Positions 1-11,683 of a stretch of 33,162 nucleotides of DNA are shown in pieces (within the stretch, counting starts at the first letter, position 1; each line of letters begins with the position of its first letter). The stretch comes from Hyphomicrobiales bacterium (GTDB taxonomy: Bacteria > Pseudomonadota > Alphaproteobacteria > Rhizobiales > TMED25). The stretch lies in NCBI GenBank assembly GCA_016780665.1, contig JADHLM010000002.1:1-33162 (forward strand). The letters run 5' to 3'. The position numbers and the translations under genes are program-made. The notes under the pieces were generated by a model. The model was not told the DNA's origin and did no database searches. It saw nothing but the letters and a program-made list of their open reading frames with translations.

Positions 1-1299
1 CTTATACCTGGCATATTCCTTATTCCATTTATTCTTGGAATATTTTATGGGATTATGACGATAATTTTTTCAATATATTATCCTCAAAATATAACAAGAA
101 TTTTTTTGGTCGCAATTATTTGGACACTTATTGAGTACATAAGGATAAAAATTACTTTTTTCCCGTGGGCACAAATAGGTCACTCTATTATCGAAATCGA
201 CCAAATCCTACAAATTACATCTGTTTTTGGAGAAGTTTCATTAAACACAATTAGTGTAATTATTTTTGCATTTCCAATTTTATATATCACTGAGAGAAAT
301 AAAAATTATAAATCTAAGTCACTTCTATTTTTTGTAATATTCCTTTTTACAATTTTTATTTATGGAGAAAGAAAATTAAGTTTAGACAGTGATAATAGAG
401 AAAATACTGAAATTATTCTTATTCAACCGAACATAAATCAAAAAGAAAAATGGGATCCTAAATTATTTCAATCTAATAAAAATAAGCTAATTAACCCCAC
501 AAATAAGATATTAAATCTACCAAGAAAAGATACAACATCAAATCGATACTTTATTTGGCCAGAAACTGCTATTGCTACTCTAATTGATGAGAATCCTCTT
601 CTAACTTATGAGGTCACAAAAAACTTTTCTAAAAATGATTATCTAATGCTTGGCTCTCTGAGAAGAGAGAATGAAAATATTTTTAATAGTTTTTTTATTA
701 TCGATTATAACAATATAATAATAGGCAAATACGACAAGAATATTCTTGTTCCATTTGGAGAGTACATCCCATTTGATAAATTATTTAGAAAATTAAGTTT
801 CCTTAATATCAGTTCAGTAGCAGGAAATTTTACACCGGGTTCAAAGAGTATAGAGATACTCAATACTCTAAAAAATAATCCCATCGTTTATATATGTTAT
901 GAAATAGTTTTTTCTAATAAAATTCAGGATGGAAATAGCGAGAAAAGTTTCTTATTAAACATCACTAATGATGCGTGGTTTGGAAATAGTTCAGGTCCAT
1001 ATCAACATTTTAATATGTCAAAAATTAGACCTGTTGAGTTGGGTATGCCTCTTGTTAGAGTGGCCAATAATGGTATTAGCGGAATAATTAATCCTTTTGG
1101 TAAAGAAATACTTAAATCTAAATTAAATACAGAATTTCATAAAAGCATATTGCTTCCATCAAGGATTGAACAAACTTTTTATTCAAAATACGGCAATATT
1201 CCTTTTTTTTGTATTTTGTTATTTAGCTTTATGCTTATATATTATTTCAACAACCAAATGAGTAGAAACACAGCAAGCACAAAACCAAATGTCAAATAA
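1..1299 (+). CDS. lnt: Apolipoprotein N-acyltransferase (5'-partial; the reading frame is open to the window edge upstream of the listed Met at 55)
   Basis: Frame 1 has no stop from base 1. There are hydrophobic N-terminal helices followed by a CN-hydrolase domain, with 'WPETA', 'NILVPFGEYIPF' and 'VYICYEIVF' (catalytic Cys context). A C-terminal transmembrane helix is present. Confidence 0.85.
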   Translation, partial: LIPGIFLIPFILGIFYGIMTIIFSIYYPQNITRIFLVAIIWTLIEYIRIKITFFPWAQIGHSIIEIDQILQITSVFGEVSLNTISVIIFAFPILYITERNKNYKSKSLLFFVIFLFTIFIYGERKLSLDSDNRENTEIILIQPNINQKEKWDPKLFQSNKNKLINPTNKILNLPRKDTTSNRYFIWPETAIATLIDENPLLTYEVTKNFSKNDYLMLGSLRRENENIFNSFFIIDYNNIIIGKYDKNILVPFGEYIPFDKLFRKLSFLNISSVAGNFTPGSKSIEILNTLKNNPIVYICYEIVFSNKIQDGNSEKSFLLNITNDAWFGNSSGPYQHFNMSKIRPVELGMPLVRVANNGISGIINPFGKEILKSKLNTEFHKSILLPSRIEQTFYSKYGNIPFFCILLFSFMLIYYFNNQMSRNTASTKPNVK

Positions 1300-2458
1300 T
1301 TCTTATATATTTACAAGCGAGTCAGTTGCCGAAGGGCACCCAGATAAAATAGCAGATCAAATATCTGATAGAATACTTGATGCACTAATTAATATAGATA
1401 AAAATGTTAGATCAGGTATTGAAACTATGGTCACATCAAATCTAGTTATACTATCTGGTGAAACAAGTATTACAGATTTTAACTCACTCATAGACGTAGA
1501 TAAAATAGTACGGAAATGCGTCAGGGATATTGGATATGAGCAACAAAATTTTCACTGGCAAAATTTGGAAATAATCAATAAAATTCATGGGCAATCTCCT
1601 GATATTGCACAAGGAGTTGATGAAACTTTCAATAAGGATCTTGGTGCAGGTGACCAAGGTATTATGTTTGGTTATGCTACTGATGAAACCGAAAATTACA
1701 TGCCTGCAACACTCTACTATTCTAATCAAATCTTGCTAAAATTATCTGAAGAAAGAAAATTACAATACCAAGAATGCCTTGGCCCTGATGCTAAAAGTCA
1801 AGTTACGCTAGAATATAAAAATGGATATCCTGTCGGTGCTAAAAAAATACTAGTATCTAATCAACATAGTGAAGATGTTAGCCCTTCAAAAGTGAGAGAT
1901 ATAATCAAAGAAGTAGTTTTATCTACAATGCCAGATGGATGGATGTGCAAAGATGAAGATTTTTTAGTAAATCCAACTGGTAAATTTATAGTAGGTGGTC
2001 CAGATGGTGATGCAGGATTAACTGGTCGAAAGATTATTGTAGATACTTACGGAGGTGCTGCTCCACATGGTGGTGGAGCCTTTTCTGGTAAAGACCCAAC
2101 AAAAGTTGATAGGTCTGCTGCATATATGGCAAGATATATTGCCAAAAATATAGTTCATGCAAAACTTGCAAAAAAATGTCTTATACAGATTTCCTATGCT
2201 ATTGGTGTTTCATATCCGCTCTCATTTTACATTAAACTAGATAAAGATTCAAAAATTGATCAAAAGAAATTAGCAGCTTTCATTTTAGATACTTTAGATC
2301 TATCACCAAAAGGAATATTAAATCACCTTGATCTTCAAAAACCAATTTATACCAAAACAAGTTGTTATGGACATTTTGGTAGGTTACCACAAATTGATGG
2401 CTCATTTTCATGGGAAAAACTTGACCTTGCAGATAAATTGCTATCAGAGTTTTCGTAG
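1289..2458 (+). CDS. metK: S-adenosylmethionine synthetase
   Basis: Contains 'FTSESVAEGHPDKIADQISD', 'GAGDQGIMFGYA' and 'GGGAFSGKDPTKVDRSAAY'. Length is 389 aa. The start overlaps the lnt stop by 11 nt. Confidence 0.97.
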   Translation: MSNNSYIFTSESVAEGHPDKIADQISDRILDALINIDKNVRSGIETMVTSNLVILSGETSITDFNSLIDVDKIVRKCVRDIGYEQQNFHWQNLEIINKIHGQSPDIAQGVDETFNKDLGAGDQGIMFGYATDETENYMPATLYYSNQILLKLSEERKLQYQECLGPDAKSQVTLEYKNGYPVGAKKILVSNQHSEDVSPSKVRDIIKEVVLSTMPDGWMCKDEDFLVNPTGKFIVGGPDGDAGLTGRKIIVDTYGGAAPHGGGAFSGKDPTKVDRSAAYMARYIAKNIVHAKLAKKCLIQISYAIGVSYPLSFYIKLDKDSKIDQKKLAAFILDTLDLSPKGILNHLDLQKPIYTKTSCYGHFGRLPQIDGSFSWEKLDLADKLLSEFS

Positions 2459-2461
2459 AAC

Positions 2462-3136
2462 ATGGATCGAAATAGTATTCGAACTGAAAAACTACATGGC
2501 AGAAAAAAAAGCCGTGCGTCTAGTCAAAAAAACCAGCAAATTTATAAAGAAATATTTCCAAAATACAAACTTGATATTAGTTCTATTAACCTTAATCAAT
2601 ATAATGATATTGAACTAGAAGTTGGCTTCGGCTATGGTGAACACTTAATCTGGCAAACATTAAACCATCCAAATAAGTTATTTATTGGAGCTGAACCTTT
2701 CAGAAGTGGAGTTATAAATACCCTCAAAGAAATAGAGCGGCAGAAAATAAACAACATAAGATTATACGATGACAATGTTATTGATATAATTGATAATTTG
2801 CCCAATGAAACATTATCGTCAATATTCATTCTCTTTCCAGATCCGTGGCCTAAAAAAAAACATCACAAAAGAAGGTTTATTAGCCAAATCAATCTTAAGA
2901 AGATTCATTATGTCCTTAAGAATAAAGGTAGGCTTATATTGGCAACTGATCACAAGGATTATCTACATTCAATTCTACTTAATATAAATATAAACGACCA
3001 ATTTGAATGGTTGTGTGAAAACACAGATCACTTTTATTCAAAACCATACGAATTTCCAGAAACAAAGTACGAAAGGAAGGCAATTAAGAATGGGAGACGT
3101 CCAGTATATCTAACTTTCGAAAAAATTAACTTGTAA
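2462..3136 (+). CDS. trmB: tRNA (guanine46-N7)-methyltransferase
   Basis: Contains 'ELEVGFGYGEHL' (SAM-binding loop) and 'FILFPDPWPKKKHHKRR', the TrmB signature. Length is 224 aa. Confidence 0.9.
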   Translation: MDRNSIRTEKLHGRKKSRASSQKNQQIYKEIFPKYKLDISSINLNQYNDIELEVGFGYGEHLIWQTLNHPNKLFIGAEPFRSGVINTLKEIERQKINNIRLYDDNVIDIIDNLPNETLSSIFILFPDPWPKKKHHKRRFISQINLKKIHYVLKNKGRLILATDHKDYLHSILLNININDQFEWLCENTDHFYSKPYEFPETKYERKAIKNGRRPVYLTFEKINL

Positions 3137-3189
3137 AATAATAAATTAACGGTATATACTTAAGATTAATCCTGAAATTCAAAACAATT

Positions 3190-3215
3190 AGGCTTTCGAG
3201 AAAGCCTTTTTTTTT
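3190..3215 (+). terminator. Rho-independent terminator after trmB
   Basis: AGGCTTT-CGAG-AAAGCCT forms a perfect 7-bp stem with a 3-4 nt loop. It is followed directly by a run of nine T. Confidence 0.8.
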
Positions 3216-3246
3216 GCATTTTTGAATAGAAATTTTAATTTGATAT

Positions 3247-3765
3247 ATGAAACACTACAGAATACATAATGAAACAATGGAAGAGTCTATAATCTCTTCA
3301 TTGATTGAACCAATATTAGAAAATAGTGGTTTTCTTTTAGTGCAATTAAAAAAAAATATTTATGAGCAGGTATTACAAGTTTTTATTGAAAAAGTCACTG
3401 GACAACTAACTATCAGTGATTGTTCAAAACTAACAAAAGAGATGATTCAAATTCTTGAAAATGATAATTTGCTGCCTGAGAGCTATCGTATAGAAGTGTC
3501 TTCACCAGGCATAGATAGAATTCTAGTCAGAGCAAAAGATTTCAAAGATAATATTGGTAATGAGATTAAAATAGAATTAAAAGAAAAGACAGCCAATAGG
3601 AAAAATATTAAAGGAGAAATTAGTGATCTACAAGGAGATACACTAACTCTAAAATTATATAAGAATGAAAATAATTACGATGACGAAATTACTATTTCAT
3701 TAATGAATATATCTAAAGCAAAACTTGTCTTTAGTGAGAAATTACTAAAAAGAAATGACCTATAA
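3247..3765 (+). CDS. rimP: Ribosome maturation factor RimP
   Basis: Contains 'YRIEVSSPGIDRIL' and lies immediately upstream of nusA. An alternative start at ATG 3277 ('MEESIISSLIEPIL') fits the usual RimP N-terminus about as well. Confidence 0.85.
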   Translation: MKHYRIHNETMEESIISSLIEPILENSGFLLVQLKKNIYEQVLQVFIEKVTGQLTISDCSKLTKEMIQILENDNLLPESYRIEVSSPGIDRILVRAKDFKDNIGNEIKIELKEKTANRKNIKGEISDLQGDTLTLKLYKNENNYDDEITISLMNISKAKLVFSEKLLKRNDL

Positions 3766-3777
3766 CGGAGAATTGAA

Positions 3778-5436
3778 ATGTCAGAAACAGGTGTAAGTGC
3801 TAATCGCTTAGAATTATTGCAAATAGCTGATGCTGTTGCAAGAGATAAATCTATTGATAAATCAATTGTTATTTCAGCAATGGAAGACGCAATCCAAAAA
3901 GCAGCAAAAACAAGATATGGCAGTGAAAATGAAATTAAGGCAGAAATTGATCCAAGAACTGGGCAAACCAATCTCGCAAGACTACTTGAAGTGGTCGAGG
4001 TGGTTGAGAACGAGGCAGTTGAGATTGACCTAGCATCTGCAAAAAAGAAAAATAAAGAAGCACAAATTGGTGACTTTATTTCTGAAGAACTCCCTCCAAT
4101 TGAATTTGGAAGAATTGCAGCTCAAAGCGCTAAACAAGTAATATTCCAAAAAGTACGAGATGCAGAGAGAGATAGACAATTCGAAGAGTTCAAAGACAAA
4201 ATAGGCGAAGTTATCTCAGGAATTGTAAAAAGGGTTGAATATGGGAATGTTATTGTTGATTTAGGGAGAAACGAGGCAGTCATCAGAAGAGATGAATTAA
4301 TTCCAAGAGAGTCCTATCGAAGTGGTGACAGAGTGTTGGCATATATTTTAGATGTTAGGAGAGAATTGCGAGGACCACAAATATTCCTCTCGCGAACAAA
4401 TAATCAATTTATGGCAAAATTATTCATGCAAGAGGTTCCTGAAATCTATGATGGTATTGTAGAAATTATTTCTGTTGCACGAGACCCTGGTAGCCGTGCA
4501 AAAATTGCAGTTTACACCTCAGATAATTCAATCGACCCTGTTGGGGCTTGTGTTGGAATGAGAGGAAGTAGAGTTCAATCTGTTGTGAATGAGTTGCAAG
4601 GAGAAAAAATAGATATCGTAAAATGGAACCCTGATGTTGCATCCTTTGTAATTAGTTCTCTTGCTCCCGCAGAAGCAACAAAAGTTGTTTTAGATGAAGA
4701 TATTGAGAGAATAGAAGTAGTTGTTCCTGTTGATCACCTATCACTTGCAATTGGTAGAAGAGGTCAAAATGTTAGATTGGCTAGCCAACTAACAAAATGG
4801 GATATTGATATATTAACAGAAGCTGAGGAGTCTGAAAGAAGACAGAATGAGTTTAAAGAAAAAAGTCAAATATTCATCGAAGCGCTCGATGTTGACGAAG
4901 TAATCGCACAATTATTAGTTTCAGAAGGCTTCATGTCTGTCGAAGATTTGGTATATGTTGAAACATCGGAGATTTCATCAATTGAAGGATTTGATGAAGA
5001 TACAGCTATCGAAATACAATCTCGTGCAAAAACTTTTATGGAACAAGAAGTACATAAGCAAGAACAAAGAAGAAAAGATCTCGGTGTTAGTGATGAATTA
5101 GTCCAGATTGAGGGAATGACTGCAAATATGCTTGTAGTACTCGGTGAAAACAATATTAAGTCATTAGACGATTTCGCAGGATTCTCAACAGATGAATTAT
5201 ATGGTTGGATTGAAAAAACTGAATTAGGTAGCAAAAAACAAGACGGTCTATTCTCAAGTTTTGATTTGAATCGTGATCAAATAGAAAAGATGATTCTTGA
5301 CTCAAGATTAAAACTTGGCTGGATTGAAAATGAAGACTCATCTGAAGAAATTGAAGCAAATTTACCAGAAAGTGTCTCTGAAGAGAAAAAAGTTGATATA
5401 TCTGAGAAACTTGCAAATGCTAGAATACTAAAATAA
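3778..5436 (+). CDS. nusA: Transcription termination/antitermination factor NusA, with C-terminal HhH repeats and an acidic tail
   Basis: S1 domain 'GEVISGIVKRVEYGNVIVDLG'. KH domains 'GACVGMRGSRVQSV' and 'LAIGRRGQNVRLASQL'. GGAG lies 7 nt upstream of the ATG. Confidence 0.95.
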   Translation: MSETGVSANRLELLQIADAVARDKSIDKSIVISAMEDAIQKAAKTRYGSENEIKAEIDPRTGQTNLARLLEVVEVVENEAVEIDLASAKKKNKEAQIGDFISEELPPIEFGRIAAQSAKQVIFQKVRDAERDRQFEEFKDKIGEVISGIVKRVEYGNVIVDLGRNEAVIRRDELIPRESYRSGDRVLAYILDVRRELRGPQIFLSRTNNQFMAKLFMQEVPEIYDGIVEIISVARDPGSRAKIAVYTSDNSIDPVGACVGMRGSRVQSVVNELQGEKIDIVKWNPDVASFVISSLAPAEATKVVLDEDIERIEVVVPVDHLSLAIGRRGQNVRLASQLTKWDIDILTEAEESERRQNEFKEKSQIFIEALDVDEVIAQLLVSEGFMSVEDLVYVETSEISSIEGFDEDTAIEIQSRAKTFMEQEVHKQEQRRKDLGVSDELVQIEGMTANMLVVLGENNIKSLDDFAGFSTDELYGWIEKTELGSKKQDGLFSSFDLNRDQIEKMILDSRLKLGWIENEDSSEEIEANLPESVSEEKKVDISEKLANARILK

Positions 5437-5459
5437 ATAATATGAACTTGGTTTGTTAG

Positions 5460-7868
5460 ATGACAGAAGATAAAAACAAAAAAGATCCTGTAGATGCACC
5501 TGCAAAAAAGACCTTAAGCCTTAAGTCAGGGATTAATCCATCTCAAATTAGGTCAGGATTTAGCACTAATCGTTCAAATACTGTTGTTGTGGAAACAAAG
5601 AGAAAAAGAATCAACAGAAATATTGAAAATGTAAAATCTAATAAAGTTGATAATAAAGATCTTACAAATCAAGAAATAGATGCCAGAAATCAAGCAATAC
5701 TTGATGCAAAAAGTAATCCTTCAGTTTCAAAGCCAGACAATTATATCAAATTTAATAAAGAGAAAGTTAGAACTGAGACAAATCCTGAAATAAAATCCGA
5801 TGTAAAAATAAAAGAACAACTCCCTCAAGATGAGCTATTTCTATTAAAAGAAAATGAAAATAATAAAAAAATTAAAAAAGCATCAGATACGGATGATACA
5901 GAAATATTGAATGAATTAGAAGAAGATGTAGAAAATAAAAAGGCTCCAAATAAATTTACAAGGTTCAGAAGCCAAGAAGAAAGAAGGCAAACAAAACTTA
6001 CTGTTACAACTGCTTTAGATGATACCCCCCGACAAAGATCGTTGGCATCAATCAGAAGAAGGCGTGAAAGAGAGAGAAGACAACACTCAACTCCAATGCA
6101 AATACAAAAAATTAGCCGTGAAATTATACTTCCTGAAGCAATCACAATCCAAGAATTAGCAAATAGAATGGCTGAGAGAGCTGTTGATGTAATTAAACTA
6201 CTCATGAAACAAGGGCAAATGAGTAAAATAACAGATATCATTGATGCGGATACCGCTCAGTTAATAGCAGAAGAATTAGGTCACACAGTAAAAAGAGTAT
6301 CAGAAGCTGATGTGGAAGAAGGACTTGAGGGGATTGAAGATAACGAAGAAAATTTAGTTTTAAGACCGCCCGTAGTAACAATTATGGGACATGTTGATCA
6401 CGGTAAAACTAGTCTCCTTGATGCCCTGAGAGAAACAAGCGTTGTATCCAATGAAGCAGGTGGAATTACACAACACATTGGGGCATATCAACTACAAACT
6501 AAAGGTGCAAACCCCATCACTTTTATTGATACCCCTGGTCACGCAGCATTCACATCAATGAGATCCAGAGGTGCTAAGGTCACAGATATTGTGGTAATAG
6601 TTGTAGCTGCAAATGATGGCGTCATGCCACAAACAATCGAAGCAATAAATCACTCTAAAGAAGCAAACGTACCAATTATAGTTGCAATAAATAAGATCGA
6701 TCTTGAAGGAGCAGACCCAAATAGAGTGAGAAATGAATTATTAACGCATGAAATAATTGTTGAGTCATTGGGTGGGGATATTCTTGAGGTTGAAGTTTCC
6801 GCAACTAAAAAAATCAATTTAGATAAACTTCTTGAAACAATTTTACTGCAATCAGAAATACTTGATCTCAAGGCCAATCCTAATAGGACCGCAGATGGAG
6901 TCGTGATCGAGTCATCATTAGACAAAGGAAAAGGCCCTATTGCAACTGTACTAGTACAAAGGGGAACATTAAATATTGGAGATATTGTTGTGCTTGGTTC
7001 CACTTGGGGAAAAGTAAGAGCATTATCAGATGACAATGGGCACCCAATAAAAGAAGCTCTACCATCAGTTCCAACAGAAATCCTTGGATTAAATGGTGTC
7101 CCAGAGGCAGGTGATAAATTTACTGTTGTCAATAGTGAATCCAGAGCACGCGAAATTACAGAATATAGACAAAGAAAAACAAAGAATTACTCATCTGGAT
7201 TGGTAAACAAGTTAACTCTTGAAAATATGATGGGCCAAATAAAAGAGAAAAATTTAAAAGAATTACCTATTTTAATTAAAGGTGATACTCAGGGTTCCAT
7301 TGAGGCTATTAGTTCAGCATTGAATGAACTTGGTTCAGATGAAGTAACTGTCAGATTAGTTCATGCTGCTGTCGGTGCTGTATCAGAAACCGACGTAACA
7401 CTAGCTGCCGCTTCAGGTGCACTTTTAATCGCATTTAATGTAAGGCCAAATGCTAATGCCAAACAACAAGCACAAAAAGATGAAATTGAAATTAGGCAAT
7501 ATTCAATTATTTACAATATTTTAGATGATATCAAGTTAGCTCTCTCAGGACTTCTAGACCCAACAATCAATGAAAAAGTAATAGGAAATGCTGAAGTCAA
7601 AGAAGTGTTTTATATATCAAAAGTTGGTAAAGTTGCGGGTTGCATCGTTACTGATGGAGTAGTTAAAAATAAAGAGAATTTGAGATTAATTCGTGACAAT
7701 ATAGTAATTCATGAAGGCAAACTCTCCACATTAAAACGATTCCAAGAAGAAGTAAAAGAAGTCCAGGTGGGGCAGGAGTGCGGTATTGCTTTCCAAAACT
7801 ATCAAGATCTTAAATCTGGTGATATCATAGAATGTTATGAGGTTGAAACAATAGAGAGATCTCTTTAA
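5460..7868 (+). CDS. infB: Translation initiation factor IF-2
   Basis: GTPase motifs '[12 protein letters not shown]', 'DTPGHAAF' and 'NKID'. The N-terminal region is low-complexity and Lys/Glu-rich. Length is 802 aa. Confidence 0.97.
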   Translation: MTEDKNKKDPVDAPAKKTLSLKSGINPSQIRSGFSTNRSNTVVVETKRKRINRNIENVKSNKVDNKDLTNQEIDARNQAILDAKSNPSVSKPDNYIKFNKEKVRTETNPEIKSDVKIKEQLPQDELFLLKENENNKKIKKASDTDDTEILNELEEDVENKKAPNKFTRFRSQEERRQTKLTVTTALDDTPRQRSLASIRRRRERERRQHSTPMQIQKISREIILPEAITIQELANRMAERAVDVIKLLMKQGQMSKITDIIDADTAQLIAEELGHTVKRVSEADVEEGLEGIEDNEENLVLRPPVVTIMGHVDHGKTSLLDALRETSVVSNEAGGITQHIGAYQLQTKGANPITFIDTPGHAAFTSMRSRGAKVTDIVVIVVAANDGVMPQTIEAINHSKEANVPIIVAINKIDLEGADPNRVRNELLTHEIIVESLGGDILEVEVSATKKINLDKLLETILLQSEILDLKANPNRTADGVVIESSLDKGKGPIATVLVQRGTLNIGDIVVLGSTWGKVRALSDDNGHPIKEALPSVPTEILGLNGVPEAGDKFTVVNSESRAREITEYRQRKTKNYSSGLVNKLTLENMMGQIKEKNLKELPILIKGDTQGSIEAISSALNELGSDEVTVRLVHAAVGAVSETDVTLAAASGALLIAFNVRPNANAKQQAQKDEIEIRQYSIIYNILDDIKLALSGLLDPTINEKVIGNAEVKEVFYISKVGKVAGCIVTDGVVKNKENLRLIRDNIVIHEGKLSTLKRFQEEVKEVQVGQECGIAFQNYQDLKSGDIIECYEVETIERSL

Positions 7869-7869
7869 A

Positions 7870-8247
7870 ATGCTTAAGAGCAAAATTCAAAAGAATATTT
7901 TCAGCCAAAGACAACTCAAAGTTGGAGAATTGGTAAAAAAGTCCCTCGTAGAATTTTTTTATAAAGACAGTATTCACGATCTTAGTCTTATAAACACATC
8001 AATTACAATCACTCAAGTCACATTGAGTCCAGATTTGAAACAAGCAACCGCATATGTAATGCCTCTTGGTGGTAATAATTCAGAAGAAATTGTAACAGCA
8101 CTTAATAGAAACTCTAAATATATTAGAGGACAAATAGCAGCTAATTTATCTCTTAAATATACACCCTATATCCTCTATAAAGAGGATGTATCTTTTGAAT
8201 ATGCATCCAATATTGATCGCTTGTTGGCTAAAACATCAAATAATTAA
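7870..8247 (+). CDS. rbfA: Ribosome-binding factor A
   Basis: A 125-aa protein in the conserved infB-rbfA-truB position, containing 'ITITQVTLSPDLKQATAYV'. The spacer after the infB stop is 1 nt. Confidence 0.9.
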   Translation: MLKSKIQKNIFSQRQLKVGELVKKSLVEFFYKDSIHDLSLINTSITITQVTLSPDLKQATAYVMPLGGNNSEEIVTALNRNSKYIRGQIAANLSLKYTPYILYKEDVSFEYASNIDRLLAKTSNN

Positions 8248-8268
8248 TTTCTTTATTGGTAATTTCAT

Positions 8269-9186
8269 ATGCCAAAAAATAAGATTAATATAATAAATGG
8301 TTGGATTAATATTTTCAAAACAGAGGGTATTACATCAAATGACATAATACGAGATTTAAAAAAAATATTTAAAGATCATAAGATTGGTCATGCTGGTACA
8401 CTTGACCCAATGGCAACAGGCGTACTTCCAATAGCAATAGGTGAAGCAACAAAGACAGTTCCCTATATCCATAAGAAAAACAAGACATATAAATTTAATA
8501 TTAAATTTGGTGTATCCACTGATTCTGATGACTCAATGGGTAAAATAATTGAAACCTCAAATAATATACCAAATATCAACGACGTTACTCAATTTCTTCT
8601 TACCTATACAGGCTATATAAATCAGGTCCCGCCAATTTACTCTGCAAAAAAAATTAATGGCGTGCGTGCTTATGCGCTGGCCAGAGCTGGAGCTAAACCT
8701 GACATGGTAAAAAAATCAAAAATCATCTACATCGATAAGTTCGAATTAATAGAGAAGATCTCCGAAACTGAATACTCATTTATTGTTAGATGTGGAACAG
8801 GTACATATATTAGGTCAATATCAAAAGATATGAGTCTTAGTCTTAATTGCTGTTGTCATGTGACAAAAATAGAACGAACTATTTATGGGCCCTTCAACTT
8901 AGAAAATATTTTATCTATTGATAGACTTATACAACAAAACCATGATATAGATAAACTGATTAAGATTGTTGAACCAATTGAGACTGTGCTGGACGACATC
9001 CTGGCAGTTAAAGTCAACAATCACGAAGCCAGCAAATTAAAAAATGGTATGTCTATCAATCAAACTATCGATAGTGAATTTCCATTTTCTGGTGAAGTCT
9101 ATGCTACTTGTGGAGAAAAAATTGTAGCTATTTGCAAATATGCTAATGGACAAATTCAACCACAAAAAGTTTTTAATTTGCAATAA
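8269..9186 (+). CDS. truB: tRNA pseudouridine-55 synthase
   Basis: Contains '[23 protein letters not shown]' (catalytic Asp motif) and '[16 protein letters not shown]'. Confidence 0.93.
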   Translation: MPKNKINIINGWINIFKTEGITSNDIIRDLKKIFKDHKIGHAGTLDPMATGVLPIAIGEATKTVPYIHKKNKTYKFNIKFGVSTDSDDSMGKIIETSNNIPNINDVTQFLLTYTGYINQVPPIYSAKKINGVRAYALARAGAKPDMVKKSKIIYIDKFELIEKISETEYSFIVRCGTGTYIRSISKDMSLSLNCCCHVTKIERTIYGPFNLENILSIDRLIQQNHDIDKLIKIVEPIETVLDDILAVKVNNHEASKLKNGMSINQTIDSEFPFSGEVYATCGEKIVAICKYANGQIQPQKVFNLQ

Positions 9187-9214
9187 ATTTGAATACAAAA
9201 TAAAGGAGAATATG

Positions 9215-9484
9215 ATGTCGATTACAAAAGAAACAAAAAAAGGTCTAATAGATAAATACGCAAGAATTGACGGTGATACTGGTTCACCTGAAGTTCAAAT
9301 TGCAATATTAACTGAACGAATTGTTAACTTAACAGAACACTTTAAAACTCATAAGAAAGATAACCACTCAAGAACTGGATTACTAAAACTCGTAAGCCAG
9401 AGACGTAAACAGTTAGATTATTTAAAATTAAAAAACGAAGCAAAATATAAAGAAATAATCAAAGATTTGGGAATAAGAAGATAG
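9215..9484 (+). CDS. rpsO: 30S ribosomal protein S15
   Basis: Contains '[51 protein letters not shown]'. The 89-aa form starts at the second of two adjacent ATGs (9212/9215), with AAGGAG at 9203-9208. The listed 114-aa ORF from 9140 runs through the truB 3' end and is an artefactual extension. Confidence 0.93.
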   Translation: MSITKETKKGLIDKYARIDGDTGSPEVQIAILTERIVNLTEHFKTHKKDNHSRTGLLKLVSQRRKQLDYLKLKNEAKYKEIIKDLGIRR

Positions 9485-9503
9485 AAAAATAGATTGGAAA
9501 AGA

Positions 9504-11669
9504 ATGTTTAATATACAAAAAGAAGAAATTACTTGGGGTGGAAGAAGTCTCAAGATCGAGACAGGAAAAATAGCAAGACAGGCAGATGGAGCGGTTATTG
9601 TAACTTACGGAGGCACATCAGTTATTGCAACTGTTTGTGCAGAAAAGAAGCCTAAGTCAGGGATTGATTTTTTCCCTCTCACAGTAAATTACCAGGAAAA
9701 ATCCTATGCATCTGGCAAAATACCTGGTGGATATTTCAAACGCGAAGGACGCCCTACAGAAAGAGAAACCCTAATTTCCAGGCTTATAGACAGACCTATC
9801 CGCCCACTTTTTGTAAAAGAATTTAAAAATGAAACACAAGTAATTGCTACAGTGTTAACATATGATCATGAAAATGATGCAGACATAGTTGCTATGATAG
9901 CGTGTTCCGCTGCTTTGACCATATCTGGAATTCCTTTTAAAGGTCCTATTGGTGCTGCAAAAGTTGGCTATAATAATAATGAATTCATATTAAATCCAAC
10001 TACCAATGAAATGCAGGACTCAAACCTTGATCTTATTGTTGCTGGAACTAAAAATGCAATATTAATGATTGAGTCTGAAGCATCAGAATTGACTGAAAAA
10101 ACAATGTTAGAAGCAGTTATGTTTGCACATGAGTCCATGCAAGATGTCATTGAAATGATCAAAGATCTTGCAAGAAAATGTGCTAAAGATCCGATGGAAA
10201 TTGAATTAAAAGATCATTCGGCAATGGAAAGTTTTATAACAAAAATTGCAAAAATTAAATTAGAAGATGCATTCAAAATTATTGATAAACAGGAAAGATA
10301 CAAAGAAGTTACAAAAACTAAAGATTTTGTTTTTGAAAAACTATCAAAAGAGTATGGTGAAGATTATGATGATATTGCGGCTTCTGATATCTTCAAAAAC
10401 ATAGAGAGTAATATTGTCCGTACTCTCATATTGAAAGACTCAAAAAGAATTGATGGAAGAGGTTTAGCAGATATTAGGCCAATATCAGTTGAGGTTGGCA
10501 CTCTCGCTCAAACACATGGTTCATCACTTTTTACCAGAGGAGAAACACAAGCATTAGTTGTAACAACTCTAGGAACAGCTGAAGATGAACAATACATTGA
10601 CTCCCTAGATGGTACTAAAAAAGAAAATTTTCTATTACATTACAATTTTCCTCCATATTCTGTAGGTGAAGTTGGTAGAATTGGTGCAACAGGTAGGAGA
10701 GAAGTCGGTCATGGAAAGCTCGCATGGCGAGCCATTCATCCCTTACTGCCAAGTAAAGATGAATTTCCTTACACCATCAGAATAGTATCAGAAATAACTG
10801 AATCAAATGGATCCTCTTCAATGGCAAGCGTATGTGGTGCATCCCTATCCCTAATGGATGCAGGTGTCCCAATAAGGGAACCAATAGCTGGTATTGCGAT
10901 GGGATTAATTCTAGAGGGAAAAGATTATGCAGTACTGTCTGATATTATTGGAGATGAAGATCATCTAGGTGATATGGACTTCAAGGTTGCGGGTACAAGT
11001 AAAGGAATTACTACTCTTCAAATGGATATAAAAATAGCTGGCATTACAAAAGAAATCATGAAAAAAGCTCTTGATCAAGCTAAAGATGGAAGAAAACATA
11101 TTCTATCTGAAATGCAAAAAGCCATAAAAACATCCAGAAATGATGTCGCTGATAATGCTCCGAGAATTGTTAAAATGAACATACCTGTAGATAAGATAAA
11201 AGACGTAATTGGCTCAGGTGGTAAAGTTATTAAAGAAATGGTTGAGCAGACAGGCGCAAAAATAAGTGTTGAAGACTCTGGGGTTATAACAATTGCTTCA
11301 GCTGACAAGAACGCAATTGAAATGGCACAGGAAAAAATTCACATGATTGTAGATGAACCAAAAGTTGGAGAAATCTATAAAGGTAAGATCGTTAAGATTG
11401 TTGATTTTGGAGCTTTTGTTAATTTCTTTGGTCCTAGAGACGGATTGGTGCACATTTCACAACTAAGCAACGAAAGAACATCACAAGTGACAGATGTTGT
11501 TAACGAAAATGAAGAAGTGTATGTGAAACTAATTGGTTTCGACGACAGGGGTAAGGCAAGATTGTCAATGAAAGGACTTGATCAAAAAACAGGCCTTGAA
11601 GTAAAAGGTGAGACACCAGCTGATGATGAGGTTAAACCTAAGAAAAGTAGAAAAAAGAAAAAGGATTAA
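9504..11669 (+). CDS. pnp: Polyribonucleotide nucleotidyltransferase (PNPase)
   Basis: Two RNase PH domains ('[20 protein letters not shown]', '[14 protein letters not shown]'), a KH domain ('[10 protein letters not shown]') and an S1 domain ('[20 protein letters not shown]'). The C-terminal tail is Lys-rich. Confidence 0.97.
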   Translation: MFNIQKEEITWGGRSLKIETGKIARQADGAVIVTYGGTSVIATVCAEKKPKSGIDFFPLTVNYQEKSYASGKIPGGYFKREGRPTERETLISRLIDRPIRPLFVKEFKNETQVIATVLTYDHENDADIVAMIACSAALTISGIPFKGPIGAAKVGYNNNEFILNPTTNEMQDSNLDLIVAGTKNAILMIESEASELTEKTMLEAVMFAHESMQDVIEMIKDLARKCAKDPMEIELKDHSAMESFITKIAKIKLEDAFKIIDKQERYKEVTKTKDFVFEKLSKEYGEDYDDIAASDIFKNIESNIVRTLILKDSKRIDGRGLADIRPISVEVGTLAQTHGSSLFTRGETQALVVTTLGTAEDEQYIDSLDGTKKENFLLHYNFPPYSVGEVGRIGATGRREVGHGKLAWRAIHPLLPSKDEFPYTIRIVSEITESNGSSSMASVCGASLSLMDAGVPIREPIAGIAMGLILEGKDYAVLSDIIGDEDHLGDMDFKVAGTSKGITTLQMDIKIAGITKEIMKKALDQAKDGRKHILSEMQKAIKTSRNDVADNAPRIVKMNIPVDKIKDVIGSGGKVIKEMVEQTGAKISVEDSGVITIASADKNAIEMAQEKIHMIVDEPKVGEIYKGKIVKIVDFGAFVNFFGPRDGLVHISQLSNERTSQVTDVVNENEEVYVKLIGFDDRGKARLSMKGLDQKTGLEVKGETPADDEVKPKKSRKKKKD

Positions 11670-11683
11670 AATATAATTTAAAA

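Noticed and set aside
6650-7132. A 160-aa ORF on the minus strand inside infB. Similar cases are 5825-6241 (138 aa, antisense to infB), 4866-5234 and 5156-5416 (antisense to nusA) and 3675-3971 (antisense to the rimP/nusA junction).
   Set aside because: Each lies wholly inside a strongly supported conserved gene on the other strand. Their sequences are low-complexity and Ser/Ile/Leu-rich, with no recognisable motifs and no start context. Long open antisense frames are a known by-product of codon bias in highly expressed genes.
9140-9214. 5' extensions of listed ORFs: rpsO from 9140, mutM from 20077, ubiB from 19359 and the SH3 protein from 15426.
   Set aside because: The extensions overlap the neighbouring gene or promoter region and add non-conserved residues. 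The conserved protein N-termini (S15 'MSITKE', Fpg 'MPELPEVE') fix the true starts downstream.
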